DNA of 64,000 nucleotides from Somniosus microcephalus. Its lineage: Eukaryota. Below the pieces are notes generated by a model. The model did not search any database and was not told where the DNA came from. It worked only from the letters and a program-made list of their open reading frames with translations. The stretch is from contig CM126202.1 of NCBI GenBank assembly GCA_052327205.1, positions 118,668,001 to 118,732,000 on the forward strand, written 5' to 3'. A program made the translations under genes and the position numbers. Positions 1-11,989 of this stretch are shown piece after piece (position 1 is the stretch's first letter; the number at the start of each line of letters is the position of its first letter).

Positions 1-992
1 CCCTACTCTTTGTTTTATGTCTGTTAACCAATTCTTAATCCATGCTAGTATATTACTCCAATTCCATGTGCCCTAATTTTGTTCACCAACCTCTTGTGTG
101 GGACCTTATCGAAGGCCTTCTGAAAATCCAAATACAGCACATTTACTGGTTCCCCTTTGTCCACTCCACTAGTTACATCCTCAAAGAACTCCAATAGGTT
201 TGTCAAACAGGACTTCCCTTTCATAAATCCATGTTGACTCTGCCCAATCTTACTATTAGTTTCTAAGTGCCCAGTTATTGCATCCTTTATAATAGATTCC
301 AGCATTTTTCCAACTACAGGAAACTCTTTGGTATCCGGCACCGACGGGACCGGGATGGTGCCGGTTGATTAAAAATTCCAGATGACGGAGAGAGTTATCT
401 ACCGAGGCTATTTTTAACAAACAAAAATAAAACAATCAAGAAATGTGCAGTATACAGTAATTGGGTACTCACCTACAGAATGTTGTGTTAAATGGATGGT
501 GGAAGATGCTTGATTAAGTACAGTACTGCCAGTTGAGGGTAATCCATAACTCTTTAATTACTTAACAGTAAAACAAAACTTATACAGTAAACAGAAAAAT
601 GGCGGATCGGAAGAGACTACCGGCAGCGCAGGAGAGTCAGACTCCTGTTATTGAGGAGTTCGGACTTCCGACAGCACCAAGAAGCTGAGTAGTGGCAGCT
701 TGGAGAACTACCCCCACTGACTAACTTGGCCACCGCGGGAGACTCGGACTTGGAATCGGCAACATTTCCGGTTATTGAGGTGCTGTTTTCGGAGTATGAA
801 TTTTGCCAGTTAATAGAGAATTCCGGATATTTAGGTGCCGTTTAAACGAGAGTTTCCTGTACTGATGTGAGGCTAACAGGTCTGTAGTTCCCCATTCTCC
901 CTCTCCCTCCTTTCTTAAATAGCGGGGTTACATTTGCTATCCTCCAATCTGCAGGAATCATTCCAGAACCTATAGAATTTTGGAAGATGGTT
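1..992 (-). mobile_element. CR1-type LINE ORF2 (reverse transcriptase) fragment, interrupted by a MITE at 317-859
   Basis: ORFs 842-1030 (DWRIANVTPLFKKG..GNYRPVSLTSV) and 45-341 (VGKMLESIIKD..QHGFMKGKSCLTNLLEFFE..YLDFQKAFDKVPH) are contiguous CR1 RT sequence once 317-861 is removed. Confidence 0.9.
317..859. mobile_element. Tc1/mariner (pogo/Tigger-like) non-autonomous MITE
   Basis: TIRs CAGGAAACTCT...CGGCACC / GGTGCCG...AGAGTTTCCTG; TA duplication at 315-316 and 860-861; splits the LINE reading frame cleanly. Confidence 0.85.
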
Positions 993-1090
993 AAAACCGG
1001 GTAAATGGAGTTGAGGTCCAGATCAGCCATGATCTAATTGAATGGCAGAGAAGGGCCTACTCCTGTTCCTAATGTTCCTATGTTCCTAAA
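993..1090 (+). mobile_element. CR1-type LINE/SINE 3' tail
   Basis: GATCAGCCATGATCTAATTGAATGGCAGAG..GGCCTACTCCTGTTCCTAATGTTCCTATGTTCCT; resembles the reverse complement of the tail at 31078-31170. Confidence 0.7.
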
Positions 1091-2303
1091 AGAACGGCGA
1101 GTTGCCAACTGATCCATTCTTTCAACAATACCTGTACTTATCTAGGCAACTGGTGTAAAAATGTGAATACCCTTTATAAATACATTTTTAAAACAAAGTG
1201 CAGAAATTATTACAATTACTGAATAAATGTAACTATTATTAACATTCTTTAATAACCATAAATAGGAAAACAATGATGTGAGATACCAGTTTTCAATTAC
1301 TGTGCATGGGAAGAATCAGCCATTTAAAATGCTGATAACAAGATGTGATAGGGTGTCTATCTTTAACAACTCACTTCTATCTATCTCAGTCTTGATGAGC
1401 TGTTCCTTCTTGCAGTGATCACGCCATATTGCCTGTAAGTGGATCTTGTGTCCATTACGAGCTAGAAGATGAAGCCCTGCATAGGTTTTGTACCCTTCAG
1501 GACTTGCATAATCCTAGATTGCGGTTATCCACTGAACTTAATTTTTCTCCAAGAACACAGTATTCTTAACATGGCACAATCAAGCAGGACTCCTGATTCT
1601 GAATTAACCAACTAATTTATTTACAGAAATTAAGTAAGTAGGAAATATAAAGAACAAAGTAAGATTTTATACAATTATAGCAGTAAATGGCATGATCTTT
1701 TAAAATGACACTTTTCTCCTGACAGCAGGGAATATAGTGACAGTCTCTTTACTACCAGATTGTAACACATTCCTGCACTAGCTTTCCATTTCTTTCCTCT
1801 CAGGAAAATCCTGCTTCCCACACTTCCAACTTTTCAGTCTTTCTTTCTGTTTGTGGAGCCCCCACCTCCCCAAATGCAACTTAAAAGTAGCACTTGCCTT
1901 TGAATTCATGCTACAGCAAATTCCAGGCAGACATAAAATAATGCATATGTTACAGTAATTTCCAGATAAAATGATCCACAGGAGGGATCCACAATGTCTT
2001 CTTGGCTTAATTAACATATTAATACTTTACAGAGTTTGAAGACAAAAGCAATCTTCCAGAAGCTTGGCATGCTGTTGCTGGGTGGCCATCTTAGAGTTCA
2101 CTCAGCTTCAACATTAAATTTATACAGCTCCCAATAAATTCATAGGTACATTTATACACAAAGCTAGTTTTACTCTATCTACATTACACAGTGACAATAC
2201 CATACAGATAGAGATAAAAATGCAAAAGATGATAAAATAAAGTAGATTCAGTTTATTTCCTTCCTAGTGGTCTGTGTTATTCCTATTTCCTTCCTGACAC
2301 TTT

Positions 2304-5047
2304 GGGCTCCATTTTGCCAAGCACGAGGAGGCGGGTTTGGAGGCATGCGAGGTGGTTAAATCGCAAAAAATGGTGAAGCGGGCCTGATCCTGCCTCCATC
2401 CCGCCTTCGAGCAATTTTCCCAAGTGTGTGTTTTCTGAACCCCTTTCCATCCCGCCTCCAAGAGGCGGGATAAGCCCTTAAGTCCCTTAACAGCCCCTTA
2501 ATTGCCTCTATTATCCCATTTTGAGAGGCCTTTCCAATTTTTAAACATTTCCCCCATCCTACACGCCTCCTCTGGAACACGCCAGTTAATCCTGGTGGCC
2601 TCACAATTGGATTGTTTACTAACAGCTGCAGCTTCACCATTACAAAGGAGTTTTCACCAATGATCATTTGCAGGTGGCAGAACTTTGTTGTCTCAGGTCT
2701 GGGCGAACTTTTAACATACCTACTCATTGTTGTGGAAGTTTGGAGCCTGACACCCATCTCCAGTGTGACCTCCTGGGAAACCCCACTCCCCAACTTGACT
2801 GAGCGCTTCCTCAACTGAGGCATATATCAGAAGCATGACGACCTCCTGGGAAACCCCACTCCCCAACTTGACTGAGCGCTTCCTCAACTGAGGCATATAT
2901 CAGAAGCATGACGACCATTTAATTCCTTTCCTCCTGGACATCAGATTCGGACGAAGACCAGCCGCGGCAGCAGCAGAACCATGAACAATAGCAGCACTAA
3001 CAGCAGGAGCATCAACAGGAACGCCAAGCTGCTAGTCACCCATCTGAAGCTGCACAGGCCAGAAGGCGCCAGCGCGTGACCACATTGCTGCCCGGGATGC
3101 AAGGGATGCACTCATCCTGGCCAGATTTGGTGAGCCTGCACAATCAAACACTTTTGTCTCGCACCTTCTTACCAGGGCATCCACAATGGACAAGAACCTG
3201 TGGATTCCTATCACTCTGACCACCATACTGACAATTGCAAGGCACCCTAAGCCCTCAATGTGAGAGTCCCATTTGCGAAATGACACAGGCCACAACTTCA
3301 ACAGTTTGCCATCAAATCTGTTTATAATACAATGACAATGATGGCTGGTACAAATACAAAACATCACAGCACCCAAGTGACTACCCTTGTGACTACTTGT
3401 GCTTTATCTTCTTCTTACACGTGCTCCTACATGGTGCTTCCCCTGTGGCTTCAACAGATGTGGAGGCCCCTTGCTCACTTTCTTGCTGCTCCTGTCTCGA
3501 CAACTTTGGCAGCCGTCCTGTGGGGTGGCGAACATGTGCAGGATCGCCAACAGTCTGCTGCTCCTGCGGCTATGCAGGGACTAAGAATCCCATCTCAATT
3601 GGGTGGGGACTCTGGTGGGGCTCTGACCAAGGGCTCTGCAGTGGCATGGTCGTGTGAGTGCTTGGACAGGAGACCCGATTTCCTTGTTCTCTGCCACAAA
3701 CATCTCTCTCATGGGTCAGCCCCACTTCAGAGCTAGCAAGTGGCTTGACAGCACCTTGCTGCAATTCAGTGGGGCCATGAGGACCCATTTCTGCACTGGA
3801 AGTCCTACTCCAGAGGACTTCCATGAAGGTCTGGTTTCTATGCTCAATAGCTGACCATCGCTCCTCAAGAGATGTCACTCTAGTCTGAACAATTACCATG
3901 TTTCCCATACCCTGGCAACTAAGCTCCTCCATGGCCATAGCCATCCTCTCCTCTACCGTAGCCATCCTCTCCTCTATGGTAACCACGGAGTTAGCCATCC
4001 TTTCCACGGAGGTTGCCATCCTTTCCGCGGTGATGCGTTCATGCGCCAATGCCTCCACAAAGGCTCTGTCAATGTTTGCGATGGACTCCTCCATTCGCTC
4101 CACACTCACAGCAACCCTGGAGACAAAACCTGCCAGAGACTCCTGCACCTGTTCCTGGAGATCCAGCACCACTCTCCTTCTGGGTGGACCCAGAGGCACA
4201 GGGTCGACATGCAGCTGAGTCGAGTTGGCAGAGTCCTGCGCCCTCCGATGAGGACTCTCTACTGCTGTCCCTGCTGATGCTCACTTGTGAGCTGTGATAC
4301 ACCAAGTGACAACACGATTCTATCTCACGAAGGTCCCACCGAGGTGTGAGTGTCTGCGCTGGTGCTGGGTGCACTGAATTCTGCTGATGCTGTGCCCTCA
4401 GAGGTTATAGCTTCCTCTGAGGAGTCTGGAAGCTCAGGCTGTTCCTCCAGGACAGTGGAGACGGGGGCTTTCGATGGTCCTGTGGGGGAGTAAAGGAAAG
4501 AGTTAGAGATGTGAGGTCAAGGTTACATGCACATTCAATAGTGCAGATGATCATAAGTCAATCTGTTAGAGCATCAGATTCATTATCGGTGGCTCATGCA
4601 ATATCAATGAGAGATGCCAAACTATTCTGTCACCAGCTTGCTGTGATGTGCCCATCTGTCCCTCCCCCACTTGGGTATCGTCCTCACTTCCAGTGATTTC
4701 CAGGGCTGCCTCCTCCCAGGGGGTGAGCTGGGCTACTGAGGTGGCCCTCCTCCTGTCATGGCTCTTTCCCTCTTATTGTGAGCTCTCTTTTTCTGCAATG
4801 AGGGACACAAGTGGAGTTTGAGTGAGAATGAAGGAGTGAGTGTAGAGAATCCATAGCATTGATGACGTCATCGGAGGCGACTTTCTGTATGAAAAGACTC
4901 AATGGGTCAGGGGTTCCCACACACAGGAAATCAATTGCCCAATTAGGGGAAAATCCCACTTTTTCAACACTTCACTTAGGAGTCGGGGTCCTGACACGAT
5001 TTCCACCTGACACGTCCCAGCCCGCCCACACTGGCAAAATCCAGCCT
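2304..5047. mobile_element. Decayed PIF/Harbinger-like DNA transposon (Myb/SANT-like accessory gene remnant on - strand, transposase C-terminal remnant on +)
   Basis: Imperfect TIRs GGGCTCCATTTTGCCA (2304) / TGGCAAAATCCAGCCT (to 5047); - strand ORF 3570-4199 with coiled-coil ERMAT repeats; putative GT-AG intron 4480-4687 (-); + strand ARDARDALILARF near 3090-3128. Confidence 0.55.
2767..2916 (+). repeat. Perfect 73-bp tandem duplication
   Basis: GACCTCCTGGGAAACCCC...AGAAGCATGAC at 2767-2839 and 2840-2912; GACC microhomology at the junctions. Confidence 0.95.
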
Positions 5048-5499
5048 GAACCTCTTTCTGTCAAGTATAGTGTGTGTCTTCTGCTTCCTAATCTATTGCT
5101 CCCTCAGTGGGTGGAGCAAATATGGTGGTAGACTTCTGGTCCTCAATGGCGGCCTCATGGGATTAATTGGTCATGTACCTCCTTATGCTGGGTCATAAAA
5201 TGCTCCAGCAACTACAGCAAGCACTTCAGATCCCACATTGGCTGGTCAGGTCATGGTTGTTATCTGGCCCTTCACAAGTCCTTCTTGGGGCTGGCTGAGT
5301 TTGACGGATGTGGCGGCACCATGAAAGGTAGCTGTCTCCTCCTGCCATGCCACTGGCTGGTAGGCATACCTTCTGGATGGCCAAAGAATTTTATGGGAAC
5401 AGACCATTGGCCACCACTGAGGAGTGTGAAGTCCACTAACAGGCTTCCCTCATGCCGATCCCCTAATCTGCATATTCCAGAAATAAGAGCCTCCTGTAA

Positions 5500-6330
5500 A
5501 TTGGAGATCCTGGTCTCAACAGCCTCATGATGAGCATTCGTGAGATAAATTGCATTTATGCTTTAGATTTCTGTCCTCGGGGGTTTCCCTGCCTGGAATT
5601 GCCACTTGCTCCATTCTGTACCGCAAGTTTACGAATGCCTTAGAAATTGCTGCAAGGATGTTGGTGCTGCATTTCTGCAGAGTCTCCGATACACCATGCA
5701 GAGTGCAATGAATATTCTCAAAAGACTTCATGAGCACTTTTGTTCATTAATGCAATCACTATAAGGTAAGAATTCAGGGTCCCTGTAGAGGACAAATACC
5801 TAAGCCACGACCTCCATTCATCTGATTCCTGCTCTTCTGTTGTCATCTCCACTTACTCCAGTTCATTTGTGCTGGTGCATCACCAGGTGCTGCCTCCTGA
5901 CCCTAACTAAGTGAATCCCCTGATTGCATATAATTGAGCTTGTGCTGATGTTTGTGAAGGTACTTGAGTAATGGCCTAGCTTCTTGATGCCCTCTGGTGC
6001 CAGGTATGTCATCTTGGGAGATCACAACAAAATGAGAAAAGGAACATATGTTAGCATAGTGCCTGCAGAAAATGGCTGGTCACAGAGTTCCAAGGTAAAT
6101 AAGCTGAGTGCCATCGTGTGGAATCACCCTTGGTCTTATTGAGTGAATCAATTTGAAGGGGGAGCAAAAGAGGACACTTGCCTTGTTGCACTGGTATGAA
6201 ACCATCAAGCTCTTCCTCACTCGTACCTTCAATCATTTTCACTCCAATACTTTGCAGGGCTGCCTCCTCTAGTCTGAATTCTAGTGGTGTCATTGCATGG
6301 CTGGAAGTGTGGTGAACTTCCATCTGCTGC
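5500..6330 (-). mobile_element. Highly degenerate Harbinger-type accessory (Myb-like) gene fragment
   Basis: Short - strand ORFs 5525-5737 and 6051-6323 with composition similar to the 3570-4800 remnant; no intact domain. Confidence 0.3.
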
Positions 6331-6799
6331 TCTCACCTCACCCTGACCCTGACCCTGCACAAAATTCTGGAGATTGGCTCATTTAAATAATGGGGCTGGG
6401 AACTTGGGCCTGTAGTGACATAACTAAGACAGTGGAACCCAGAGTGCCATTGTTCCAAGAGGGAGAGCCCCCAACATGCGTCCCCTCCCCCAACTGCCAG
6501 TTCAACGTACTGGTGGCAGGCAGAAGAAACGTCTGCTCCCAAAGTGCAATTTGCTGGGCTGTGGAGAAGGGGCGGAAACCTAACAGATCTGGGTTCCACC
6601 CAAACTTCTATTCCCAAACACACCCCCTTCCCCGCCGCCACCAGATTTACACTCAATTTGGGCTATTTTCAAGGCATAATTTCTACCCTAGTATTTTCAG
6701 TTGATAAAACTGCCACTAGTCCTTGCTGTCTGTCTATGGTTATGGGCAGCTTTGTTCTTTAAAGTCAGACAAAAGATACTGCTTTTTTTTCCATTCTAG

Positions 6800-7060
6800 G
6801 GTTTCGGCATTGTGGGAGAGGCCGGTATTCATTGCGGGTTTGGGAGGTGTTGCCGAAGAAGCCTTGGCAAGTTGCTGCAGTGCATCCTGTAGATAATACA
6901 CACTACAACCACAGTACCCCAGTGATGGAGGGGTTGGATGTTTAGGCTAGTGGATGAGATGCCAATCTAGTGGACTGCTTTGTCCTAGATGGTGTCGCAC
7001 TTATTGAATGTTGTTGCAGTTGCACCCATCCAGCCAAATGGAGAGCTTTCTCTCACACAT
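6800..7060 (-). mobile_element. Old 3' fragment of the LINE family seen at 31901-35161
   Basis: Reverse complement resembles 34660-34870 (e.g. TACAGGATGCACTGCAGCAACTTGCCAAGGCTTCTTCGGCA). Confidence 0.75.
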
Positions 7061-7214
7061 GTGTCACATAAATGAAAATCAAATGCAGACAGTATATGTA
7101 TATTGTATAAAAACAATTACACAAGGCAGGTAGTAATAATTCAAGATAGCCTTATCACATCAAAATAAATTTGAAATCTTTTGAAAAGAACTGTGATTTT
7201 GGGGGAAACAGACA

Positions 7215-8445
7215 AGAATCATAGAGAATCATAGAGATTTACGGCACAGAAGGAGGCCATTTGACCCATCGTGTCTGTGCCGGCCGTAAAAGAGCGATCC
7301 AGCCTAATTCCACTTTCCAGCTCTTGGTCTGTAGCCTTGTAGGTAACGGCATTTCAAGTGCATATCCGAGTACTTTTTAAATGTGATGAGGGTTTCTGCC
7401 TCTACCACCCTTTCAGGCAGTGAGTTCCAGACCCCCACCCTCTGGGTGAACAAAGTTCTCCTCAACTCCCCTCTAATCCTTCTACCAATTACTTTAAATC
7501 TATGCCCCCTGGTTATTGACCACTCTGCTATGGGAAATAAGTCCTTCCTATCCACTCTATCTAGGCCCCTCATAATTTTATACACCTCAATCAAGTCTCC
7601 CCTCAGCCTCCTCTGTTTCAAAGAAAACAACCCCAGCCTATCCAATCTTTCCTCATAGCTAAAATTCTCCATTCCTAGCAATATCCTCATAAATCTCCTC
7701 TGTACCCTCTCTAGTGCAATCACATCTTTCCTGTAATGTTGTGACCAGAACTGTACACAGTACTCTACCTGTGGCCTAACTAGTGTTTTATACAGTTCAA
7801 GCATAACCTCCCTGCTCTTATATTCTATGCCTTGGCTAATAGTATCCCGTATGTTTGCTTAACCACCTTATCTACTTGTCCTGCTACCTTCAGGGATCTG
7901 TGGACATGCACTCCAATGTCCCTCTGTTTCTCTACACTTCTCAGTGTCCTACCATTTATTGTATATTCCCTTGCCATGTTAGCCCTCCCCAAATGCATTA
8001 TCTCACACTTCTCCAGATTGAATTCCATTTGCCACTTTTCTGCCCACCTGGCCAGCCTATTGATATCTTCCTGCAGTCTACAGCTTTCTTCCTCACTATC
8101 AACCACACAGCCAATTTTTGTATAATCTGAAAACTTCTTAATCATGCCCCCTACATTGAAGTCTAAATCATTGATATGTTCCACAAAAAGCAAGGGACCT
8201 AATATTGAGCCATGCAGAACCCCACTGGAAACAGCTTTCTAATCTCAAAAACATCCATCGACCAATACCCTTTGCTTCCTGCCGCTGAGCCAATTTTGGA
8301 TCTATCTTGCCACTTTCCTTTGGATCCCGTGGGCATTTACTTTTCTGAGCAGTCTGCCATGTGGTATCTTGTCAAAAGCCTTGCTAAAATCCATGTAGAG
8401 TACATCAAATGCACTACCCTCATCAACCCTTCTTGTTACCTCCTT
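7215..8445 (-). mobile_element. 5'-truncated CR1-type LINE (RT C-terminal half plus 3' UTR and tandem tail)
   Basis: ORFs 8302-8505 (YMDFSKAFDKIPHGRL), 7825-8193 (INDLD..KFSDYTKIG..WAEKWQMEFN), 7304-7804 (LYKTLVRPQVEYCVQFWS..ALERVQRRF); (TCTATGATT)-like tail near 7215-7240. Confidence 0.92.
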
Positions 8446-8584
8446 TTCAGAGTGTAAATTACTGGCATTTAGCAATATTTTTACAGTATATCCTGTTACT
8501 TCCAAAACTTGATTGGCTGATCAGAGGTGGTCTAATGACTGTAAGTGTCAGTAGTGACATGGCAATGCAATCTGTATAAGTATG

Positions 8585-9205
8585 GCAGGCTAGTGGTTAT
8601 GGTACTGGATGTTCAAATCCCCCCCATGGCATGATATAAAATAAATGAATAAATCAGGTAATTTGTGGGCTAGCACTAGCAAGAATAACCATGAAAACTA
8701 CTGCAACAATACAAAAGCAAAATATTGCAGATGCTGGAAATCTGAAATAAAAAAAGAAAATGCTGGAAATACTCAGCAGGTCAGGCAGCATCTGTGGAGA
8801 GAGAAACAGAGTTCATGTTTCAGGTCGATAACCCTTCGTCAGAACTGGAAAAAGCTGGAGATCGAACAGGTTTTTAAGCAAGTACAGGGGCAGGGAAAGT
8901 GGGATGGGGAGGAAAGAACAAAAGGGGAGGTCTGTGATAGGATGGAAGGCAGGAGAGATTAAGAGACATTAAGAGATGGTGCAAGGCAAAAGGAGATGGT
9001 AATGGGTAATGAATGGTAAAGGATGGTAATGAAAACTACTGGATTGTTCTAAGAACCCTATTGGTTCATGAACGTCCTTCACTAATGCCTACATTCTCAC
9101 ACTACATTCCATTCTCACACTACATCATTGACTCAATGTCCTCCAGCAACAAGGGATGGGTAATATATTCTGCCTTGCCAGTGTTTTACCCACACCCTAA
9201 GAACA
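8585..9205 (+). mobile_element. Degenerate tRNA-headed Deu-domain SINE (SacSINE1-like), interrupted at 8704-9028
   Basis: A/B-box-like TAGTGGTTA..GTTCAAATCCC; CCATGAAAACTACTGGATTGT..ACCC..GGTTCA core matches 32030-32080; tail GGGATGGGTAATATATTCTGCCTTGCCAG matches 35098-35130. Confidence 0.7.
8704..9028. mobile_element. Penelope-like/retroposon terminal fragment inserted in the SINE
   Basis: GCAGATGCTGGAAATCTGAAATAAAA..AATGCTGGAAATACTCAGCAGGTCAGGCAGCATCTGTGGAGAGAGAAACAGAG (recalled abundant shark repeat); 13-bp TSD ATGAAAACTACTG at 8691-8703 and 9029-9041. Confidence 0.7.
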
Positions 9206-10749
9206 AATTAACTTACTTATGTTCAGATCAGCCCATGCCCAGTGAGTAAAATGTTACCTAGTATCAATGCATGTCAAGTTAGTTGGTACAGTATCACTTC
9301 TATTAAATTACACCGTTCAAGCATGGGAGCCTACAGTATCTACCATGACACCCTGCTGCTATTTTTTTGTTTAATGAAATCAGAAATGGTAATCAATCAG
9401 TACGCCCTTGAAATTACACTGTGGGATAAGGAATTTCAGGCCAATCTATCCCAGCGCCTAACTTTAAGGCCCACATTTATATGCATTATTACACAGCAGA
9501 AAGTACTCTGGAGAGTATTGGAAGGCAGCAGCACATCTCAGAGTGATGAATCAATTAATTTCAATCTCTCCACATTTGTTAACTGCCTTGTGACTACAAT
9601 GCCTATTTATGGAGGGCAGGTGAACGATGATTTTAGATCGATTAATTAAATCTGGGAATGCCACATTCTCAGGGGAATTATCTTTCAGTCAGTCAGCAAA
9701 GCTGGGCCAAGCCCGACCCTGAGCAGTGAGCCAGACTGGGGCCATGTGCTCCCTGCTCGGGGAGAATGTCCGACACCGGCCTTCGCCTCCAGGCCCGGGG
9801 AGCTATTGGCGGGAATCGCCGTCTTCTACCAATTTCACCCAAGTCGTCTCCATTTAGTAATAGTACGACATTACACAAAACAGCATATTGTTTCAGTTAG
9901 TGTGACTGTTATTCGAAAAAGAGAATGATTTCACTTTTGTCCCCCATGTGAAAGTATCTCAGTGTCTTCTCTGTCAATCTCCCGCTGAACTGTTGCTACA
10001 ACACGTTTCCATTTGGCCAGCCCTGCTTGGCCATTGAGGCCGCGAGTCTGTGACTGGGAGATATTCTTCGACAGATATTAAAGGCTGTTGTCCGTGTTTA
10101 CTGGCAGTAAGATTTGTTTAAGTTACTTTAATGAAATGTCACAAAAACTACGAACCTGGTTAGAGACCGACCGCACAAAACTACATGGCCAAATCAAGGA
10201 AATCCGAAATGTTTAATAGTCTGGGTTAGTCCAATTAGAACAGACGCATTTAATTAGGGTTAAAATGAGCTTTTTTCCTATTGTCTTCCATCTCTGTCTT
10301 CTCGTCTCGTAGAAAAATGCAATTAAAGTAGCTCAAAACATACTCTGACATCTGTGGAGTGTTTTCAGCTTCGAGGATGAAAAGAGTCCTCTATAACTAA
10401 AATAATCGTTTAAAAATTATTAACGAGCAATAATGGTTTCCCTTTTTTAATCAAATAACATCTTCTCTAAAAACGAATCAGACCCAGCGTCGCCTTGTCC
10501 TCACACTATGCGTTTCTTGTGATGAACAAAATTGCCATCATTGATCGCCGCTCAGCATGGAATGAGGTTGTAAGGGGACAGCAATCTGCTGTGGGTACTG
10601 TACAACCATGCGCAACTAACAGTACAAAAATCAAGAATGCCTGGTCTGCAATTAGCCCTGTATTTCTTGGCTCTGGTACATAGGTAGAAACCAATCTATG
10701 TCTTGTTTAACAAAAATGAGCTACTACAAATTGCACGTAGATGTATTAT

Positions 10750-11140
10750 AGTTGATCTCTTTCGCACACGCATTTTCAAACTGATTCCTTTACTCACTTG
10801 TCTCTGTGTGTCTTATTCTCTCACACCCACACACACGCTATCACAGTCTAACTATATTTGCTGTGTCTCTCTCTGCGTTTCTTACATTTTCTGCCTTTCA
10901 CTCACTGTGTTTCTGTCTTGGTGTCTCATTATTTCTGACAATGTTTTTCTGCCTTTCACGTATTGTTGCTCGGTGTCTCGTTCTCTTCCTGTATCTCGTT
11001 TTCTCACATATACACATCTTTTTCTCCCCCTTTATCACACTGTCACACATCTTTTTTCCTTGTTGCTACCATTGTATTGAATATTGCGTCTTCATCTCAT
11101 TCGCTATTATTCATCTCTTCTCACCTCTTCCCCTCGCGTT
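10750..11140 (+). repeat. CT-rich low-complexity tract
   Basis: Pyrimidine-rich degenerate (CT)/(CA) sequence; produces spurious Leu/Ser/Phe ORFs. Confidence 0.7.
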
Positions 11141-11731
11141 AGAGTTCTTAACTAATGTTATGAATTATTAAACGATAAAATAATGGTAAAATATTTAACT
11201 CCTAAAACATTGAAATCCCTTTGACGAATTGTGTCAGAGCAGAGCATTATAACAATTCACACCTAATGCAGCGTCTGGATTGGGGCGGATAACTGCTCAA
11301 GTAGTTAAGGCTTATCACAGTCATTTTTTATTGACCAATATTTTAGGGTGTTTGAACTGCTGTTATGACAAGAGAGGGACTAAATGGCTCTCTCACATAA
11401 ATGTATTGGTGTAAAGTATACAGGTACACAACAATTTCATCTTTTCAAACCGAGTCATCATGTCTGTGTAACAATTGTTTTCTCATTCAATATAGTACTA
11501 TTTATTTTTCCCTTCTCACAAAGAATTGGTTCGTGCAATTTCAAGCAGTGGATAAATCTGTCCTATTTTAGTTGTCAATGTTTCGGAGAGCTTCGTATGG
11601 ATTTCACAGCAACTGAATACATGGTTCCTGATGGTTTGTGCTATACTGGCTGTTTACACAGGACTGATAGCATGCTAGTTTAGTTTAGATTTAAGTTTAG
11701 TTTATTGTGCAGGAGGGGGGGTGTTGGGGCA

Positions 11732-11777
11732 GTCACGTGACGGTGACAGGTCCTGCCTATTGAGAGCAGACCACCCA
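11732..11777 (+). promoter_or_regulatory. Distal PTCH1 promoter elements: palindromic E-box GTCACGTGAC (11732-11741) and perfect GLI site GACCACCCA (11769-11777)
   Basis: Direct motif matches at the start of the alternative first exon. Confidence 0.8.
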
Positions 11778-11989
11778 CCTCGAGGATCGAGCTGCTTAAT
11801 AGAAACAGGCATGTAATTGTGAGAGCTTCCAGCACACAGCAGAATGACTGCAACCTAGCAGGATTATTACACTCCCTGTTCCTTTAAAATCACCTTTTAA
11901 ACCTTGTGAAAAAAAACATCGTACAGCTCCTGAAAATATAAAGCAAAGCAAGACCAGTACGGTCATACAGGAGAGCCTCGAGGAAGATG
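11745..11989 (+). other. PTCH1: PTCH1 distal alternative first exon (5' boundary approximate); contributes only the ATG
   Basis: ATCGAGCTGCTTAATAGAAACAGGCATGTAATTGTG resembles the human distal exon (MELLNRNRLVIV); ends AAGATG|GTAAGT, phase 0, in frame with exon 2 GGA AAG GCT. Confidence 0.75.

Noticed and set aside
6335-6358. (CCCTGA)n telomere-like hexamers
   Set aside because: Only about 3 imperfect units inside degenerate repeat DNA
8645-8962. 105 aa ORF (NTKAKYCRCWKSEIK..)
   Set aside because: Translation of a common repeat terminus, not a gene
10703-11171. 121-125 aa hydrophobic ORFs
   Set aside because: Products of CT-rich low-complexity DNA; no domain or splice support
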